A DNA stretch of 64,000 nucleotides from Iphione sp. A-MEVVRFRX5. Its lineage: Eukaryota. Positions 48,103-62,420 of the stretch are shown piece after piece. The stretch covers positions 28,520,001 through 28,584,000 of the forward strand of contig OZ320316.1 of the NCBI GenBank assembly GCA_976226885.1. The letters are read 5' to 3'. Position 1 is the stretch's first letter. Every line of letters begins with the position of its first letter. The notes under the pieces are model-generated. The model searched no databases, had not been told where the DNA came from, and worked only from the letters and a program-made list of their open reading frames with translations. A program made the translations under genes and the position numbers.

Positions 48103-49200
48103 TGGTCCGTCAGAGCAGTAGTTGGAGCCCTCTCTGTTTGGTGCTGAGTAATAATCACCTCAAGAAAAGGAAGAACCTGTTGTTAGGACTCTTGTTTTAC
48201 AAACTGCCAGTGAAGTATAAGGACCACAAACAAAACTGACATTCTACATGGTACATATCACACAGATTCCTTTACTGTCAGACAGTGCATGTGTGAAATG
48301 GGACAATGAGAGGAGTTTGCAAGACAATAATCAAAGAGAGTGTTGATGATGAGATAACAAATCTCTGCCTGGAGATAAAGAAAACAATGGGAATGATACT
48401 GGTAAAGGTGAAGTTAGATAATGAGTTGGTAGAACTGCCTTAGTCATGGACCAAGGTCCCAACCCAAAGCACTACTGAAGGAAATTAAGGCTAATTTATA
48501 AGAGATGGAATAGGATGATTCCTTGAAAAACGTGACAAACTAACTGATTGAGTCAGTCAGATGGCTGTATTAGCAGGACAACGGGAAAACAAACATTTTC
48601 CTGGATTTGACTATCATTAACACAGCCATAAAACAATCTACCCGATGAAGATAGTTGAACAAGTCATGAGCAAGCTAAATGGCATATTTTATTGATTAGG
48701 GCCAACAGTTGACCAGAAATTATTCTCTACTAATAATCCTCTAGACAAACTGGTGGGATAGTGGCCATGACAATGGTGAGAACACAATATAGACCATTTG
48801 AAACAACATTCTTGAGATTAGCCCCACATGGTGTCCATTGTGCGATAAGTGCACACAGGCCACAAAAATACACAGACACAACATGTATGCCTTCTATGGA
48901 CAAGAGTGTGGACCTGTGAGGTCTACTACCCCCAACCCTCAAGTGGCAATCAAGCAACTCTGAGTGGGAGGCACTCTTTACTTGATCACACCTCTCATGG
49001 GCAGACTATATTGGTGAGTGTGAGTGCATTGTCAGACCTAGAAATCTGTATACAAGGTATGTATGCTGGTGAACATGTTAGCAAAAGAATAAAATTGGCA
49101 TAATTTCACCTTTAAATAATTGAATTACTACCAAAATTACCAAGTGCCATGGATCTATACACATAAGTATCATACATCAAAATCAATTTATTTGATTTAA
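48103..49200 (+). pseudogene. Decayed Gypsy PBS, gag and protease region, continuing from the LTR split by the Polinton
   Basis: PBS-like TGGTCCGTCAGAGCAG at 48103; degenerate zinc knuckle CDKC..GH near 48840; protease-like VSALSD near 49025; heavy decay. Confidence 0.4.
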
Positions 49201-49899
49201 GGGTTTTAGACTTATAAGACCCACAAGAGTGTTACAGAAAGTCAGTCAGCCAGCAGCATTCCTTAGATCCCCCCTGTCTATGACGTGGGGGACAGTAATG
49301 AGCAGTTCAAACATTTTTATTACAGCTTTTTACCTCTCATAGAGGCTTATGCTTATACATTTTTATCTATAGATACACTTTACCTTATTTCAACACAGCA
49401 AATGACATCCCTGTGTTACATTCTGTGAATACCACTGACACACTATCTTTCCATGATATCTTATGTAAATAGTTACTGTAGGTAGAAAAGCACTAACACA
49501 ACAAGGTGGAATGGATTTTAGTGAGGCTTTCTTTAATATTTCAATGTTTCAGCAAAATGTGAACATGTGAATCAAGAGTCAAAACAATCATAAAAACTCA
49601 AAAAAACCTCATCCAAGACAAAATTGACAAATATATTATCCTAATTTCAAATATTTTTAACCGTTCCTTTATAAGGACAACACTCCAACCCAAACAACAA
49701 CAGTAAATATAACTTTAGTAACTTAATTTTAGATACAAACAATTATATACACTAATTTAAGTGCACTTGCTGCGCAGATGCTGCTCCTTGGACTTAAGCC
49801 CAAACCCTATATATGCTCATGATTAATTTGTCACTTATGGACAAGATATGCTTCGTAAGCCTATTTGAAAACCCATGTATCCAGTCTGTGTCTGTTAAC

Positions 49900-50420
49900 T
49901 GCCGATCACTGATGATGTGTAGCGTACTGACAGCTATACAATAGGATCCTTCACTGATAGACAGGTTACAGGCAGATATAATCTACTATAGGGTCCTTCA
50001 ATAACTGACAGTTTACTGACAGGTATACTCTATTATAGAGTTATTCACTGACAGACAGTGTACAGACAGCTCTACTCTGCAATAAGATCCTTCACTGACA
50101 GGCAGTGTATAGACAACTATACTCTACAACTGGGTCCTTCACTGACAGAGAACAAACTGACAGCTATATTCAACCATATGGTCCTTCACTGACAGACATT
50201 ATACTGACAGATTTGAGATAACTTACGTACAATTTATCTATTATTTTTGATCAGTTATGGCTTGGGTTTATTTTAAGCCAGGGAAAATAAACATTAAAAA
50301 AAACTACCATAGGGTCTTTCACTGATAGTGTATAGACAGCGATACTCCAATGTAGGGACCTTCACTGACTGACACTATACTGACAGGTATAATCTACAAT
50401 ATGGTCATTCACTGATGGAC
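49900..50420. repeat. Degenerate tandem repeat, about 47-bp unit
   Basis: Recurrent GGTCCTTCACTGACAGACAG..GACAGCTATACTCTAC. Confidence 0.75.
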
Positions 50421-50727
50421 AGCATACATCCTGGAATGCTTGATGTGCTCTCCTGATGATTACCACATGTATCTGTTAGCTGACAGACATGCAACACAAA
50501 GGCTTTCAGTCTTAAAACATATACATCAATGATATCCATGTTGCTTTTTTCCTCCAAGGTAAGATTTATACTTTGGACTGGCCCAACTGGACAATGTGCT
50601 TGATCTTGGATTGAAACTGACCAGGACAGGTTTGATAACACAGATCCTGGCCACAAGAACAGCATTGTTTTAAGAAGAAACAGAACTTTTTTACTGTCAT
50701 TACTTATTTACTGCATGCAGCAGACAA

Positions 50728-51687
50728 CTACTTGCTCTTCAACATTTTTGTCTCCAGGTATCGCACTCGGCACTTAAGCACTTCAATAACATTTTGTGGC
50801 ATAAGGGCATTGAAATGTCTGTCAGCCTCCAAGGTGGTCAAGCCTATCTGACTCACAGGGGCAATGTTCTTCTTCAGTAACTGCTTTAAGCCATATTTCT
50901 GTGCTATATAGAGCCATCTGGTACTGGCCTGCTTGGTGAGGAGAAAGTCTTCACATCGTTTCTTGATGTGATCCATCTGGTACTCGTGAGCAAGGGGCAG
51001 CAGTATGAGCACATTAGACTCTGAAGAATATATAGATGTAAAGAATGTCATAAAACGAAGGTAGCTATTGTGGGGTACACATACACACTCTCTCTCTACC
51101 TCTCTCTCTTTGTCTCAGTCATGTTAGGGTTATAACTAGGAATGGAGCGAGGGAGCATTGTTGGTAGATACTGGGCTGGAAGGATTCCATTGAGACTGAG
51201 AAATAAATATCAATCAAAATAAAATAATGATAAATAAACAACTGTCATATCTAGAGGTAAGTACTGGGTAGAAATGCTCAAGGAATACATAGAATGGGCT
51301 CAAGCATGTCCTTTATTCACACATATATACATGTAAAAATGATCATAAAGTGAGCAAAATCAGCTCCTTTATGCCATTTAGATTGTACCAGTAGATAGGC
51401 TTTACATAAATACATACATACATACATATGCATGTGCATACCTGTAATAGGCTGAAATGGTGGATATATACAATTCAGTAGATGCACAATGTCCCCTGCC
51501 TTCTTTGTAGATAACAGGACCTCCCCTGTTCTCTTCTCCTTGAAGTCATGCACAAACATGGCTTTGAAGACTGGGGAGTGCATGGCCAGCACTTCTCTGT
51601 GAGTGAAGAGCTGCTGGCCCTCCACAAGTAGAGTCAGATTCGACAGCTCATCTGGGGCTGTGAAATCTCGCTGTTTCACATTAGTTG
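50728..51687 (-). CDS. BTB/POZ-domain protein (partial: exons 51687-51442 and 51020-50728; first exon not located)
   Basis: SNLTLLVEGQQLFTHREVLAMHSPVFKAMF..DFKEK; ITE|SNVLILLPLAHEYQMDHIKKRCEDFL; GT-AG intron 51441-51021. Confidence 0.8.
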
Positions 51688-51990
51688 CTGAGAAAGAAAA
51701 TCAAGAGAGTAATCTATTACACATAGTACTACCCTGTGAATGCAGAGCTTCTGGGCCTCCACAAGTAGAGTCAGACTTAAAAGCTCATCTGGGGTCGTGA
51801 AATCTGCGTGCATCACATCAGTTGCCAAGCAAAAAAATCAAGACAGTACTCTATTACACATAGCACTTCCCTGTGAGTAAAGAGCTTCTGGCCCTGTACA
51901 AGTAGAGTCAGATTTGACATCTGGTCTGGGGATGTAAAATCTTGCTGTCAAAACAGTTGCTGAGCAAGAAAATCAAGAGAGTAAACTGGT
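51590..51990 (-). repeat. Three tandem copies (about 137 bp) of the BTB splice acceptor plus exon start
   Basis: CACAAGTAGAGTCAGA..TCTGGGG..GTTGC..AAAATCAAGA occurs three times. Confidence 0.85.
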
Positions 51991-52239
51991 GCTTTCAATT
52001 TACACTTCACGAGGGTGAAATTCCATTTTATATGCCTGCTAGAGTAATTTTGAGTTGTAAATGCTGGTGTGACTAAAGTTTTGGCATAGTTCACTCATCT
52101 TGCACTTACAAAGGAAATTGGTAAAACTATTTGAATCATTTTTTCTCTCCATCTCATCTCTTTCCTCTGTCTTTCTATCTCTCTGGCTGTCATTCTTCTG
52201 TTACTCTCTCTTACACTATCTTCCTCACTCTTACTCATG

Positions 52240-52281
<42 letters not shown>
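52240..52281. repeat. (CT)n microsatellite
   Basis: Direct reading. Confidence 0.9.
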
Positions 52282-52285
<4 letters not shown>

Positions 52286-55200
52286 ACACAATTTTAAACC
52301 TCACCTTCCTGCTGCATTTCTATCGGACAGTCTCAATAACACCAAGACAGCCAAAAGACACAAGTATAACTATAAGCAATTGTGTATGACTTAACAACCA
52401 ACTGGGCCCAAGTGTCACAGCCGATGACAAACACAGTGTTGTGTCCAACTTCGTTTCACCTCACTATGTTCTAGCAATGTGACACAATTTCTTAAAATCT
52501 CTTCTGTGACATTAACATTTATCTAGTAGATGGAGGACACCCTCTCTTTCATTTTGCTTTTTGAATTTTTAAAATTGCACAAGTGGTTGTTGAATTATAC
52601 CAGGTTTCATACCACAAAAAAGGAAGAATTTGGTGAAATATTGTCCCATAGGAACGCTGCAGAAAACTGACTAAAATGTGGTACTATGATAGATTTTCCT
52701 AAACCTTTACTTACTTATGAAACTTTATACACAAAGATTGTCAGATATGACAAATTCATCAGTAGCATTCAGAAAGTATTTTCATTAATTATATTAGGCT
52801 TAGATTACAAAAAAAACAGTCTGATTATGAACAGAGGAAATGTAGAGAGTGGGGGGGAGAGCTGTCCCTTTATTTCCCTTATACCTAATTCATATACAAT
52901 ATATACAAGTAATACATTAAATTAAAGCTGAAAGATCAGGCTTTCTCATAGTATATGGTCCTTTCTGTTATCTAAAATTCTCACTGAAAATGGAAATATA
53001 TAAGGTAGAAACTTAGTTCAAAATTTTTTGGAAAGAGCAGGTTTCAACTACAAGACTGCCAATTTTCAAAAAAGCTCTTGCATGGGAAATAGTGAGGAAA
53101 CATGCTTACTGCATGTTGGTACATTATGTTCTATCATGGCATGCACTAACCCAGTTACAAATATGGAAATCAACTTGCCCATGATTTTCTTTTTCTCCTG
53201 CTGGAAACCTTTCAATCTGTTTCCCATGCTTGCTGCTGCTCGTGTCGGTAATGCTCCTTTCACTCGTATAGGTGGCATCCCTTCCTTGGGAGAGGAAACT
53301 GCTGCACTCTGCAGGCAGACAAGAATATTAGTGCTGTAGCAATGTAAGATCATACACCACCTCGCCCCTCATAATCAATATCATGCGAAGGTTTATTTGG
53401 TTGATTCCTCAAAATGTCCATAGTGTACTTTACTTGACACCGTCACGCACTATTTTCTATTATGTCAGAACAATTGTGATCCATAAAGATATTCAGTTGG
53501 TGGCAAAAGACAATGTAACCCAAATTTCTTACTCTCAACGTCTTTCTCAAGGATTTTTTTTTGGCAGAGTATTTCACCCTATATACCCCATATATGGTTA
53601 TAAGATGTACTTGTAATCACTAAGCATTTCATAATGAAGTGTAGATCTTAGCATTCAGCTACATTGTATATTGTTTTTCTTGGCATGGTTCTGCCTGAAC
53701 TATCTTCACCTGTATCTGTATCTGGAACTCCTCAGTTGGCCATCTGGTCTGTGTGGAAAATACACTGCTGTAGTCCAAGTAGATCTTACTAGACTTTGCT
53801 GCAATACCCTGCCATATCTTATCTTCTGCATGGGACCGGCACTATCGCCACACAAATATGACAGGTCACTGCCAAACCATGCACAAGACGCGTTAGTTTG
53901 AACTCTAATATGGATGTATACTCACTATGAGATTCTCTTCACCCTAGTGGGCCTAATCAGCCAAATATATAACAAGCACCTAAGTAGACTCTTTCTTGAA
54001 ACCACTGATATTGCACCTACGGCTTAGTGTGGTGACACCTTAAAGCACCACCTCTCAACACAAACAAAAGATTTTCAAGTCTAATATGCCAAAGCACTAC
54101 CATGATATGGCTACAAAAAACTAAAACGCATCAAACATAACACAGATGCAGTTAACTATAGCAACAATGCACTATGGGATAGCATAGGTCACTCTTTCAT
54201 CCAATGCAAACATTTATTCATATGAAAGAGAAAAACAATATTATATGTGTGCAGGAATCTGTTTGGCGATATTCCATTTCGTAGCAATTTGTTTGATTTG
54301 ATCCACATCAATGCTTCAGTTAGGCCTCAACACAGATTGTATTGCATATTGCATTGTTGGTAACTGTGACATGTCTATGATGCAACAGGTTATGACAAAG
54401 GGTCTGTAGCTAAATTTAGCACAAGTTATGTAATGAATATATAATCCACTCCAGTTCAGACAACTGTCTAGCCACCTGTCTATTTTTAGCAACTGTTATG
54501 TAACCATGGAGATATAAGTATACATGTTTTCTTGAATAAACAGACCTTTCTCTTTGCACCTGTGAGAGAGATCACCCATGCACAACTACTTGTATTTCAT
54601 GTTTTTGGATTGAAACAGATTCTTTACTGTAATTTGTTCAAATCTACTGTCAGTGCTCCTTTAGACATAGACACATTGTACATCTTTTACAATAGACTTG
54701 CCTACAGCTGCGAGCTTTAGAAATTCTCATAGTAGTGCCAATATACTGCCATGACAACAATTGGCCTATATCTTTAGTTACAATACTACCCCCAATGAGA
54801 GGAAGATATTAGACAGTCATTGGATCATTTCTGGTATAGCCTGTTCTACCCATTATGATTGGGTATAATGGTACCTATACATGATATCCTATACTCCAAG
54901 ATGCTTCTCGTAATTTTCTCTTTATGTCTGCAAAATATAAAAATCATGTGACCACTCTTACCGTAGTATCCTACTGGAATAACAGTAAACGTGGCAAAGC
55001 CCCCACTTAGTGATGTGACCATGATCTGAATGAAGGTTTCATCTCAAAACCTTCCATATGGCACAGAGGTTGTCCTGGAGACATGTGAATGACCATGGTT
55101 CCCATTGTTATGTCATCACATGTTGAATGGTTGCTATATCTACTGTAAACAATTAAAATTGAGCATGTTTTAGCATCTAAATATAGATTGCTGTTCACGG

Positions 55201-55732
55201 TTTCAAATAATATCTCATCAAGCATGACTTTTATTTTGTGCCACTGTGTCTTCTCCTTGTAGGAGAGCTTCTAGACATATTTGCCGGAGATCAATTGATA
55301 TCCTTTATGGCTCGTATGTCTCTTGGGGTGTATTCATCCCTAGGTCAGACTATAACTTTTTGGCTTTTAGCAATATTCAGAGTGTTATTTATATAACAAG
55401 CGCCTTCAGTGCTTGCACTCGTAGTTAATACAAACTCTCTCTCTCTCCAATTGGTTGGTTTCCCTTCAAGCATGCAGAGTGATTAGAAAGCATGGGGACC
55501 TTTCCGTCAGCCTTTTCATAAGTAGAGTGTAAAAACACTAGTTATTTGTCAATCTTTCCCTCTGCTAAGATGTTTTGAGTGAGTAGAGCCATGCTCATTG
55601 GAAAATAAATACCTTTAGATGAGGTAATAGTGAAAGAGTCAACACACTGTATCCATAGATTGCATCCATCACATTTCAATCAGACAGTTGTGTGCAGGCG
55701 TTGAATCCTAATGCTTTAAAGCTGATATCTTA

Positions 55733-58319
55733 GGCCCCCCCAAAATAGGTGTGCTTCTAGTTACGACCAGCCCAAAGCCTAGGTAGGGAGGGGGGGAATG
55801 ATTTACTAAGAAACATTTTTGTTGCTTCCTTCCTCTGGTTTTCAACAATAATAAAGACAACATGAAGAAGGCTTTGCATGGTTACTTTCATCACTACATG
55901 CCTTGTGCATAAGGTACACACACTAAGGGGCCTTTTCCATGTGTGCAGACACAACACAACAGGTGGCAGGCAGGCTTTTCCATGTGTATGGGTTATGTGT
56001 ACTGTCATATACATGTATATAGTTATATATCATATTGTGGTGTGTGCATGCATGAGAACCATTGTATGTTAGTCTAGGAGGATCTGTCAAAGTGATCCGC
56101 AGCCAGATCCATGTCGAGCGATCCAAGACAGGTGAATCCGTGACGCTCGCGGATTCAGGTAACCCCCTAAGGGTACTGTGTAGTAAGGGTGCATCGCAGC
56201 GGACTTGTTTATTTACTGTGTAGATTCCTCCAGACCAGACATATATCTAGACAGGTTTTTTTTAGAAACTCTTATGTAATACTGTCATATATGAACCCAT
56301 GTTTTGTTGGAATAACCAGACCCTTTCTCCTGGCACACAAGAGAAAGATCACCCCATGCACAACTATATTCGTGTAACTAGAGTGAACAGGATTTTGTTA
56401 TCTTTGTTCAATTTATTTTAATTCAACCTTTGGCAGCTAGAGCTCATCCGGACATTGGACACGTTACAATATATAGACCTGGTTAAATGTTAAATTATGT
56501 ATCTAATTTGCATATCATTTGCATAAAAAGGTGACTGATGTGCCTTACTTTCCACAAAAAAATACACAATTTCCACAGATATGCCTCAAAACTGCAGTTT
56601 CCAATGATATGCCTCACTTTTCACAAAAAATACACATAATTCCAATTGATATGCCTCACCTTCCACAAAATTCTATTCTGTTTTATTCTTTTCTATTCTA
56701 TTGTGTTCTATTCTCTGCTATGGGGTCCACACAGAATGTGGGTGGACTGGACCATCACCATTCTGGAGTCTGCACCTGCATGCTGGCAGGAATGTCCACA
56801 TGCATGGAAAGAGCCCCTAACACTTCTCCAAAAGAAATTTGCTCCTTTCTGCATTTGAACCAGCACAATAGTACTACATATCATATCAACCAAAGTAAAA
56901 GCCATCACAGGGGGTTTCAATGGGGCCCAAAGGCACTATCCCCATGTGCACGAGCTATCTGGACCCACCATTAGTGGAATGGACAGCAGGAGAACTGCTT
57001 GTGGGCAATTGAAAACAATTGTCCCCATGTGCCCTGAGTACCCGGACCCACCACCAGGTGCCTGCTGGTCAAGTCTGCCTGGACCATGCCAATTGTGTGT
57101 GCTGGGAAAAGACATTTAACATATGTAAAACATATGTTAAAGGCTTTACAACATTTGTAGTTTTTCAAAATTCTTTACTTATTTGCATCTCAATTGCATA
57201 AACAGACTTTCCACTGATATGCTTCACTTCTGAAAAAAAACCCCTGAAATTTCCACCGATATGCCTCACTTCCAAAGAAAACCCCAAAAATTTCCATGGA
57301 TATGCTTTACTTCTGGAAAAAAGACCCAAAATTTCCACTGATATGCCTCACTTCCAACAAAAAAGTTCTATACTAATCTCTCACATTAATTTTTCAAGAA
57401 TTAACATTTGGTAGATGTACTTTTGTCATGTTTTAAAGACAATAAAGACAAAGTGTATAGCCTGGGTACATGGGGACTAGCCCCACCATTGGTGGCAGGA
57501 AGGTGTATGCAGCCTGGACCACACCACTGGTGGCCGACATATAGTTTGCATATATCAGGATAGCACCTAAGAGATCATCTTTCTAAAAAAGGCTAAAAAA
57601 ACATCGTTTGTACTCTATGCAAATAATTTACATTTCTTTGCTAAATTCTAAGGTTATATAGGTCTTGCATATTTCCCTCCTTTGACTATTACCTAAATTG
57701 TGAATTTACTTGGATGTGTCTTTTAACAGCTGTAATAGTGTGTATTTTGGGAAACTATGAATTATAACAGAACTGTTTTCTTATACATGTACTGTGTAGT
57801 GTGTACAGTGCATGTAGCATGTTTTCATGTATGTGCCACCATGCTTTTGGATTGGAAAGGTTTCAATTTTCCATGGCCATGTATGCATGTTTTGCACAGC
57901 AGTATAGGAAAAGTGGGATTGAAATTGTTGTTAGATATTTCCTCACATTTTCTCACACTTGTGCAGTAACTTTGCCATTTTTCTACCAAATTTACATGGA
58001 TTTCACCATTTTTCAGTAAAACTTTGATGAGTTTTATCATTTTCAGCAAAATCAGTATGAATTTAGCATTTTTCAGGCTAAGTTTAGATGAAATTCACTG
58101 TTTTCTTCCTTTTTTGGCCAATTTGCATGAGTTTTGCAAGTTTTCTGGCTGAATTTGTATGGATTTTGTTTTTCCACTGACTTTATAGACAACATGCTGT
58201 GAAAACATGCATCTAAGGAAATTTAGCCTTGAGAACTCTTTGAGGCCAAAAATGTTTTAGGTGGGGTGAGGTTTCCTAGGTACGGGTGGGTAACCAGAAA
58301 CACCTATTTTTGGGGGGCC
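55733..58319. mobile_element. Non-autonomous PIF/Harbinger-like DNA transposon (about 2.6 kb) with internal minisatellites
   Basis: Termini GGCCCCCCCAAAATAGGTGT.. and ..ACACCTATTTTTGGGGGGCC, both flanked by TTA. About 33-bp TTCCACTGATATGCCTCACTTCC repeats at 56530-56690 and 57205-57362. Confidence 0.6.
56225..56470 (+). repeat. Dispersed repeat, with other copies at about 54500-54700 and 63345-63580
   Basis: Shared ..GAATAA(A/C)CAGACC(C)TTTCTC..GAGA(A)AGATCACCC(C)ATGCACAACTA.. core. Confidence 0.75.
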
Positions 58320-58971
58320 TTAGTTGTAGCTCTAAGGCTATCTGGGTGTCTGTATATATAGTCCACTAAATGAATTCCTATATCACTGATCCCTCGATGG
58401 GAAATTGAGTTGAAGTATTAAGCATCTGTAACACAGTGTCTTAAAAATAATAAGCTATACTGCTCATGAATAAACACTTAATAAAAGCAAAACAACTGGG
58501 ATAACATAATGTGATAATTGAGACAATGCTTCGAGCATTATGCCACAATAAGATAATACCTTATTGGGTGGATAACATTGTTATTATTGTTACTTGTTCC
58601 TTGTACAGTATACAGTTATAAGTATTGAAGTATTGCCTGCGTTGACATAACAACTGTGTCATGTTGTTAAGTGGTGTCACTAGAGACTTCGATACCGACA
58701 GTCTGAGGCAGACCAGACTGTAATAAACAGGTTAAACTGCCATGGAAGCATAATACAAAGGTACCACATAATAAAGATCTTGGTAGCTGGTCTGAAGGGT
58801 GTTGACAGCCAGCATCTGGAAGGGACATATATCAGGAGGGTATGACCCAGGGGTGAGGGGTTAATTTGAAAACTGACTGGGCATGACACAGGTTGGGCTC
58901 TAAGTGAGAGTTCGCATGTACTATGACCTAAGGTTACGAACTTTGAGAGAAGGGTTATGAACTATCAGTAT

Positions 58972-59385
58972 ACAGGTGACTCTCACCCTGTGACCAGTTG
59001 GATGGGGTGACCACTTGGCCAATGCAACCACTTTTGCAAAGAACAAATCAAATTTCAGTACATTCTCTATATGCTATACTCTGCCTATGGCGACCACTCG
59101 GATTGGGCGACCATTCAGCCAATAAAACCACTATTTCCAGTACAAAACAATGATTTCAAGGTGTTTGGGGCGACCACTTGCTGCTTTATAGGTGACATTG
59201 GAGACTCAAGCCCAGGTCCCCCCTGTTGTTGAAGCATTTGTAGAACTAAAAGTCAGCGGTCGCCCACTTTGTAGGTGACAGAGGATCCTCATGTGGTGGT
59301 TGTCTGTGTTGGTGGAGCCTTTCTGGCGCTAAAAGTCGGCAGTCGCCTGCCTTGTAGGTGACAGGGGACCCTCAAGTGACCCGAA
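58972..59385. mobile_element. Degenerate MITE-like repeat with GGCGACCACT subterminal motifs
   Basis: TA|CAGGTGACTCTC start; forward GGCGACCA motifs in the left half, reverse GTCGCC motifs in the right half. Confidence 0.35.
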
Positions 59386-59399
59386 CAAAGAACACTTTT

Positions 59400-62300
59400 A
59401 AAACTGTTAAAACAGCCCCTGCTGGCAACCCGGACAAGTTTCAGGTTGAGAGGCCAGTGCTGAAGAACTGGATGAAGGAGCTGGTGTAGGAGGGTGTAGA
59501 GAGACTGGTCTTCACATACTGGAACTATCTACTCACCTGACCCAAGGCAAAGGAACTTACTGACACTCTGGCCAGGCCAGAGAACACCAAGGTCCTCAAG
59601 AAGACCGAGCTCAACCTAGAGCTGGTCCTTAAGGAGGGGGACATTATGAGGGGCTGTCAATTGGTGGAATTATAATATTAATGTGGCTAGCGTATATAGG
59701 GAAAAAAATCAAGTGGTGGAATTACCACGTCATCCAATTCGTTGCTATTGCCCGACATTGTCATGGACTACGACCAGGCCTGGCCGATGGACAGCAAAGT
59801 GGTGGCAGTGAGAATGATGACAATGTTCTACCTCTTGGGGGGGCAGCCTTCATGACAAGCCACCAGAGGTGGGACATGTCTCTGGCTTCCCCAGGCTTAC
59901 AGGAGTCTCTGCCAGACCAGCCCCTAGGATAACTTGGAGCTGCTGCTTGGGAAAAACATCCCTGACAGGGTTAAGGAATGTTCCAAGCCCTGCAAGTTGG
60001 AACCAGCTATGATGGCAAGGGACAGGAGGCCAGCTCCCAAGCCAGCACCTGCTACACCCAGGCACTCCCTGAAGCCCAGCCATCAGAGCCACCAGAACTG
60101 GGGACAAAGCAGTGGCCTTGGTAGTCACCAGAGCGGCTAGAGCAGGAGACAGCTGCAGTAGTAAAAAAGCGGACAGTGACAGCAGGCATAGGGGCCTGCC
60201 CCCAAGAGCCACAGCAAGCTCGGGAGTACATAGGTCAGTCTGCCTTCACTCACTCCTGCTGTTATTGATGTCTCTTCTGCTACTACAGCTCTACTATCGC
60301 TGTGACTGTGATCCCCAGGCCTTTTAGGGCTGGGGGAGGGGGGTTATGAAAGAGCTGACAGATAGGAGCACATCACGTTGAGTGCGTTTATCAGGTCCCT
60401 GGCCAGAGGAGTGACCCTCAAGCTGTGAGGGCTCCCCGAACAGGGCCACATCCCTTCCATTCCAGAGTCCCACAAGGACTTCGGCATTTTTCACAGGCTG
60501 GTTGCTGGCCTATTGGAGGAGGGGGTGGTAGAGGAGGAACAATATTCAGAAGAAGCCTTTGTATCCATCTTCCTGAGACTGAAGGATGGTACACACAGAG
60601 TGATTCTAAACCTGAAGAAATTCAACCTGTGGGTGCCCTACAGACACTTGAAGATGGATAACTTGGAGACAATCCTTCCATTGATAGGAACAAATTTCTT
60701 TTTCCCATCTGTGGACATTGTGCACACATTTCTCTGTCTTGGTCAGAGACAGAGACTTCCTCCAGTTCATCTGGGGGACAGGCGATATTGGTTCATGTTA
60801 CTACCGAATGGCCTGGCCTTGGCACCGCACATGTTCACACAGATGATGAGGGCTGGGCTGGGAAATGTCCACCTGCTTACAGATGCCATCACCTCAGCCT
60901 ACTTGGACAATATCATTGTCTGTCACAAGGACACATGAGGTTGTTGCAGGGGTAAACATGTCCAGATTCACATCAACGACACCACTACCTTACAGACCAT
61001 CAACAACAAGAGCTCAGTCAGGTCTCCCCACTGCAATGACCAGGCTAGGGGCATCTTGGTGTTTTGTAAGAAAAGGAACATCACCCTGACCATAGTATTC
61101 TGCCCAGGGGTAGAAAATTAAAAAAACTATGGGGAATGGGGGATAAATTCCACTGTACTAGCTACTGTCCTCTCCCATTGACTTGTTTGCCTCAAGACTG
61201 AACCATAAACAACATGAATACTATGTCTTGGGGGCCTGACCCCACTGCTGTCACTGTAGATGCCTTCTCCCTAGACTGGTCATGATTCAATGCCCTTATT
61301 TTTCAGCCTTTCTCTGTCATCTCCAGGGTGCTGAGGAAGATCTGCCTGGAGAGGCTGAGGGGCATTTTGATCCTCCTGCCTTGGATGGCCCAGCCAAGGT
61401 TAAATGTAGCCAGGACGATACTATGGAGGATAAAGCAGGGGCTGGTAGTGGAGGTGGACATGCTCATACAGGCCCCGACAGGTAACACACCCATGTGCCC
61501 ATGACATGAGCCTCTGGAAAATGACTCTCTGACAGCAAAGCTAATGGGGATCAGACTTCAAGGGCTGGTTGTGCACCACACGTCCCAGGGCTGGGCCAAA
61601 GGCTCCAGGAGGCAGTACCTCTCAATACTTATGAGGTTCAAAGGCTTCTGCTGGGCATAAGGCCATGAGTCCAAGTTGCCAGGCCTACTACCAGCAATGG
61701 AGTTCCTGGAGGGGCTCATCTAGGAGGACCTCTCAGATTCATGTGTGAATGGGGCACACAGTCTGCTGTCCAGTTTCACAATCCTGGAAGGCAGCCTCAC
61801 ATTTGGGTCACACCTCTATGTGACAAGATTCATGAGGGGTGTATAATGGGCCAAGCCCTTAATAGCCAAATTCTCCCACATCTGCTATGTGGGACCAGTG
61901 TTCAGACAGTTGGCTACTTGAGGAGACGCTTAGGCCCGGTTTCCATACCTGCGTTGATGGCATGCCATTCATGTATTTGCACACAAGGGTGTGTTGTTCA
62001 TAGGCTAGTTGCACAAGTCACTATTGACATGCAGTCCCTTGTCTAAGTACACCAAGGACATACTAACAGCTTGCGGCCTGGACACCACCCGATTCTCTGC
62101 ACACAGTATAAAAGATCAGCCTCAACCAGCAAGGCTCTACAGATGGGATCTCCCACTGGACACCATCCTGAAGATAGGAGGTCAGTCTGAGGCCTCAACC
62201 TTCAAAAGGTCTTACAAAAGGCCAGTGAGTCTAGTGGGGGACTTTGGTTGTACCATTCTAGAGAACGCTGCTCAGACTTTGTCATGGCATTCAACATAAA

Positions 62301-62420
62301 CCATACATGTACATTAACCTGAGTGGTTAGTTTGGGTTTTGGTGTTGCATGCACATTTTGCCCGGTCCTGGGCTCATGTTATTCAGAAATAAAGTGACCA
62401 CTGGTCTTGTTGAATGGAAC
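59400..62420 (+). pseudogene. Decayed DIRS1-like retrotransposon (gag, RT, DAM-like methylase, tyrosine recombinase)
   Basis: RT: IFLRLKDGTHRVILNLKKFN..HLKMD, YWFMLLPNGLALAP..FT, AYLD. MT: PIDLFASRLN, VDAFSLDW, PFSVISRVLRKI. YR: DTTRFSAHS, ILKIGG.SEASTFKRSYKRP. Many stops and frameshifts. Confidence 0.85.

Noticed and set aside
53066-53353. Minus-strand ORF with a possible acceptor (SAAVSSPKEGMPPIRVKG..), a candidate upstream BTB exon
   Set aside because: No recognisable domain and no convincing donor.
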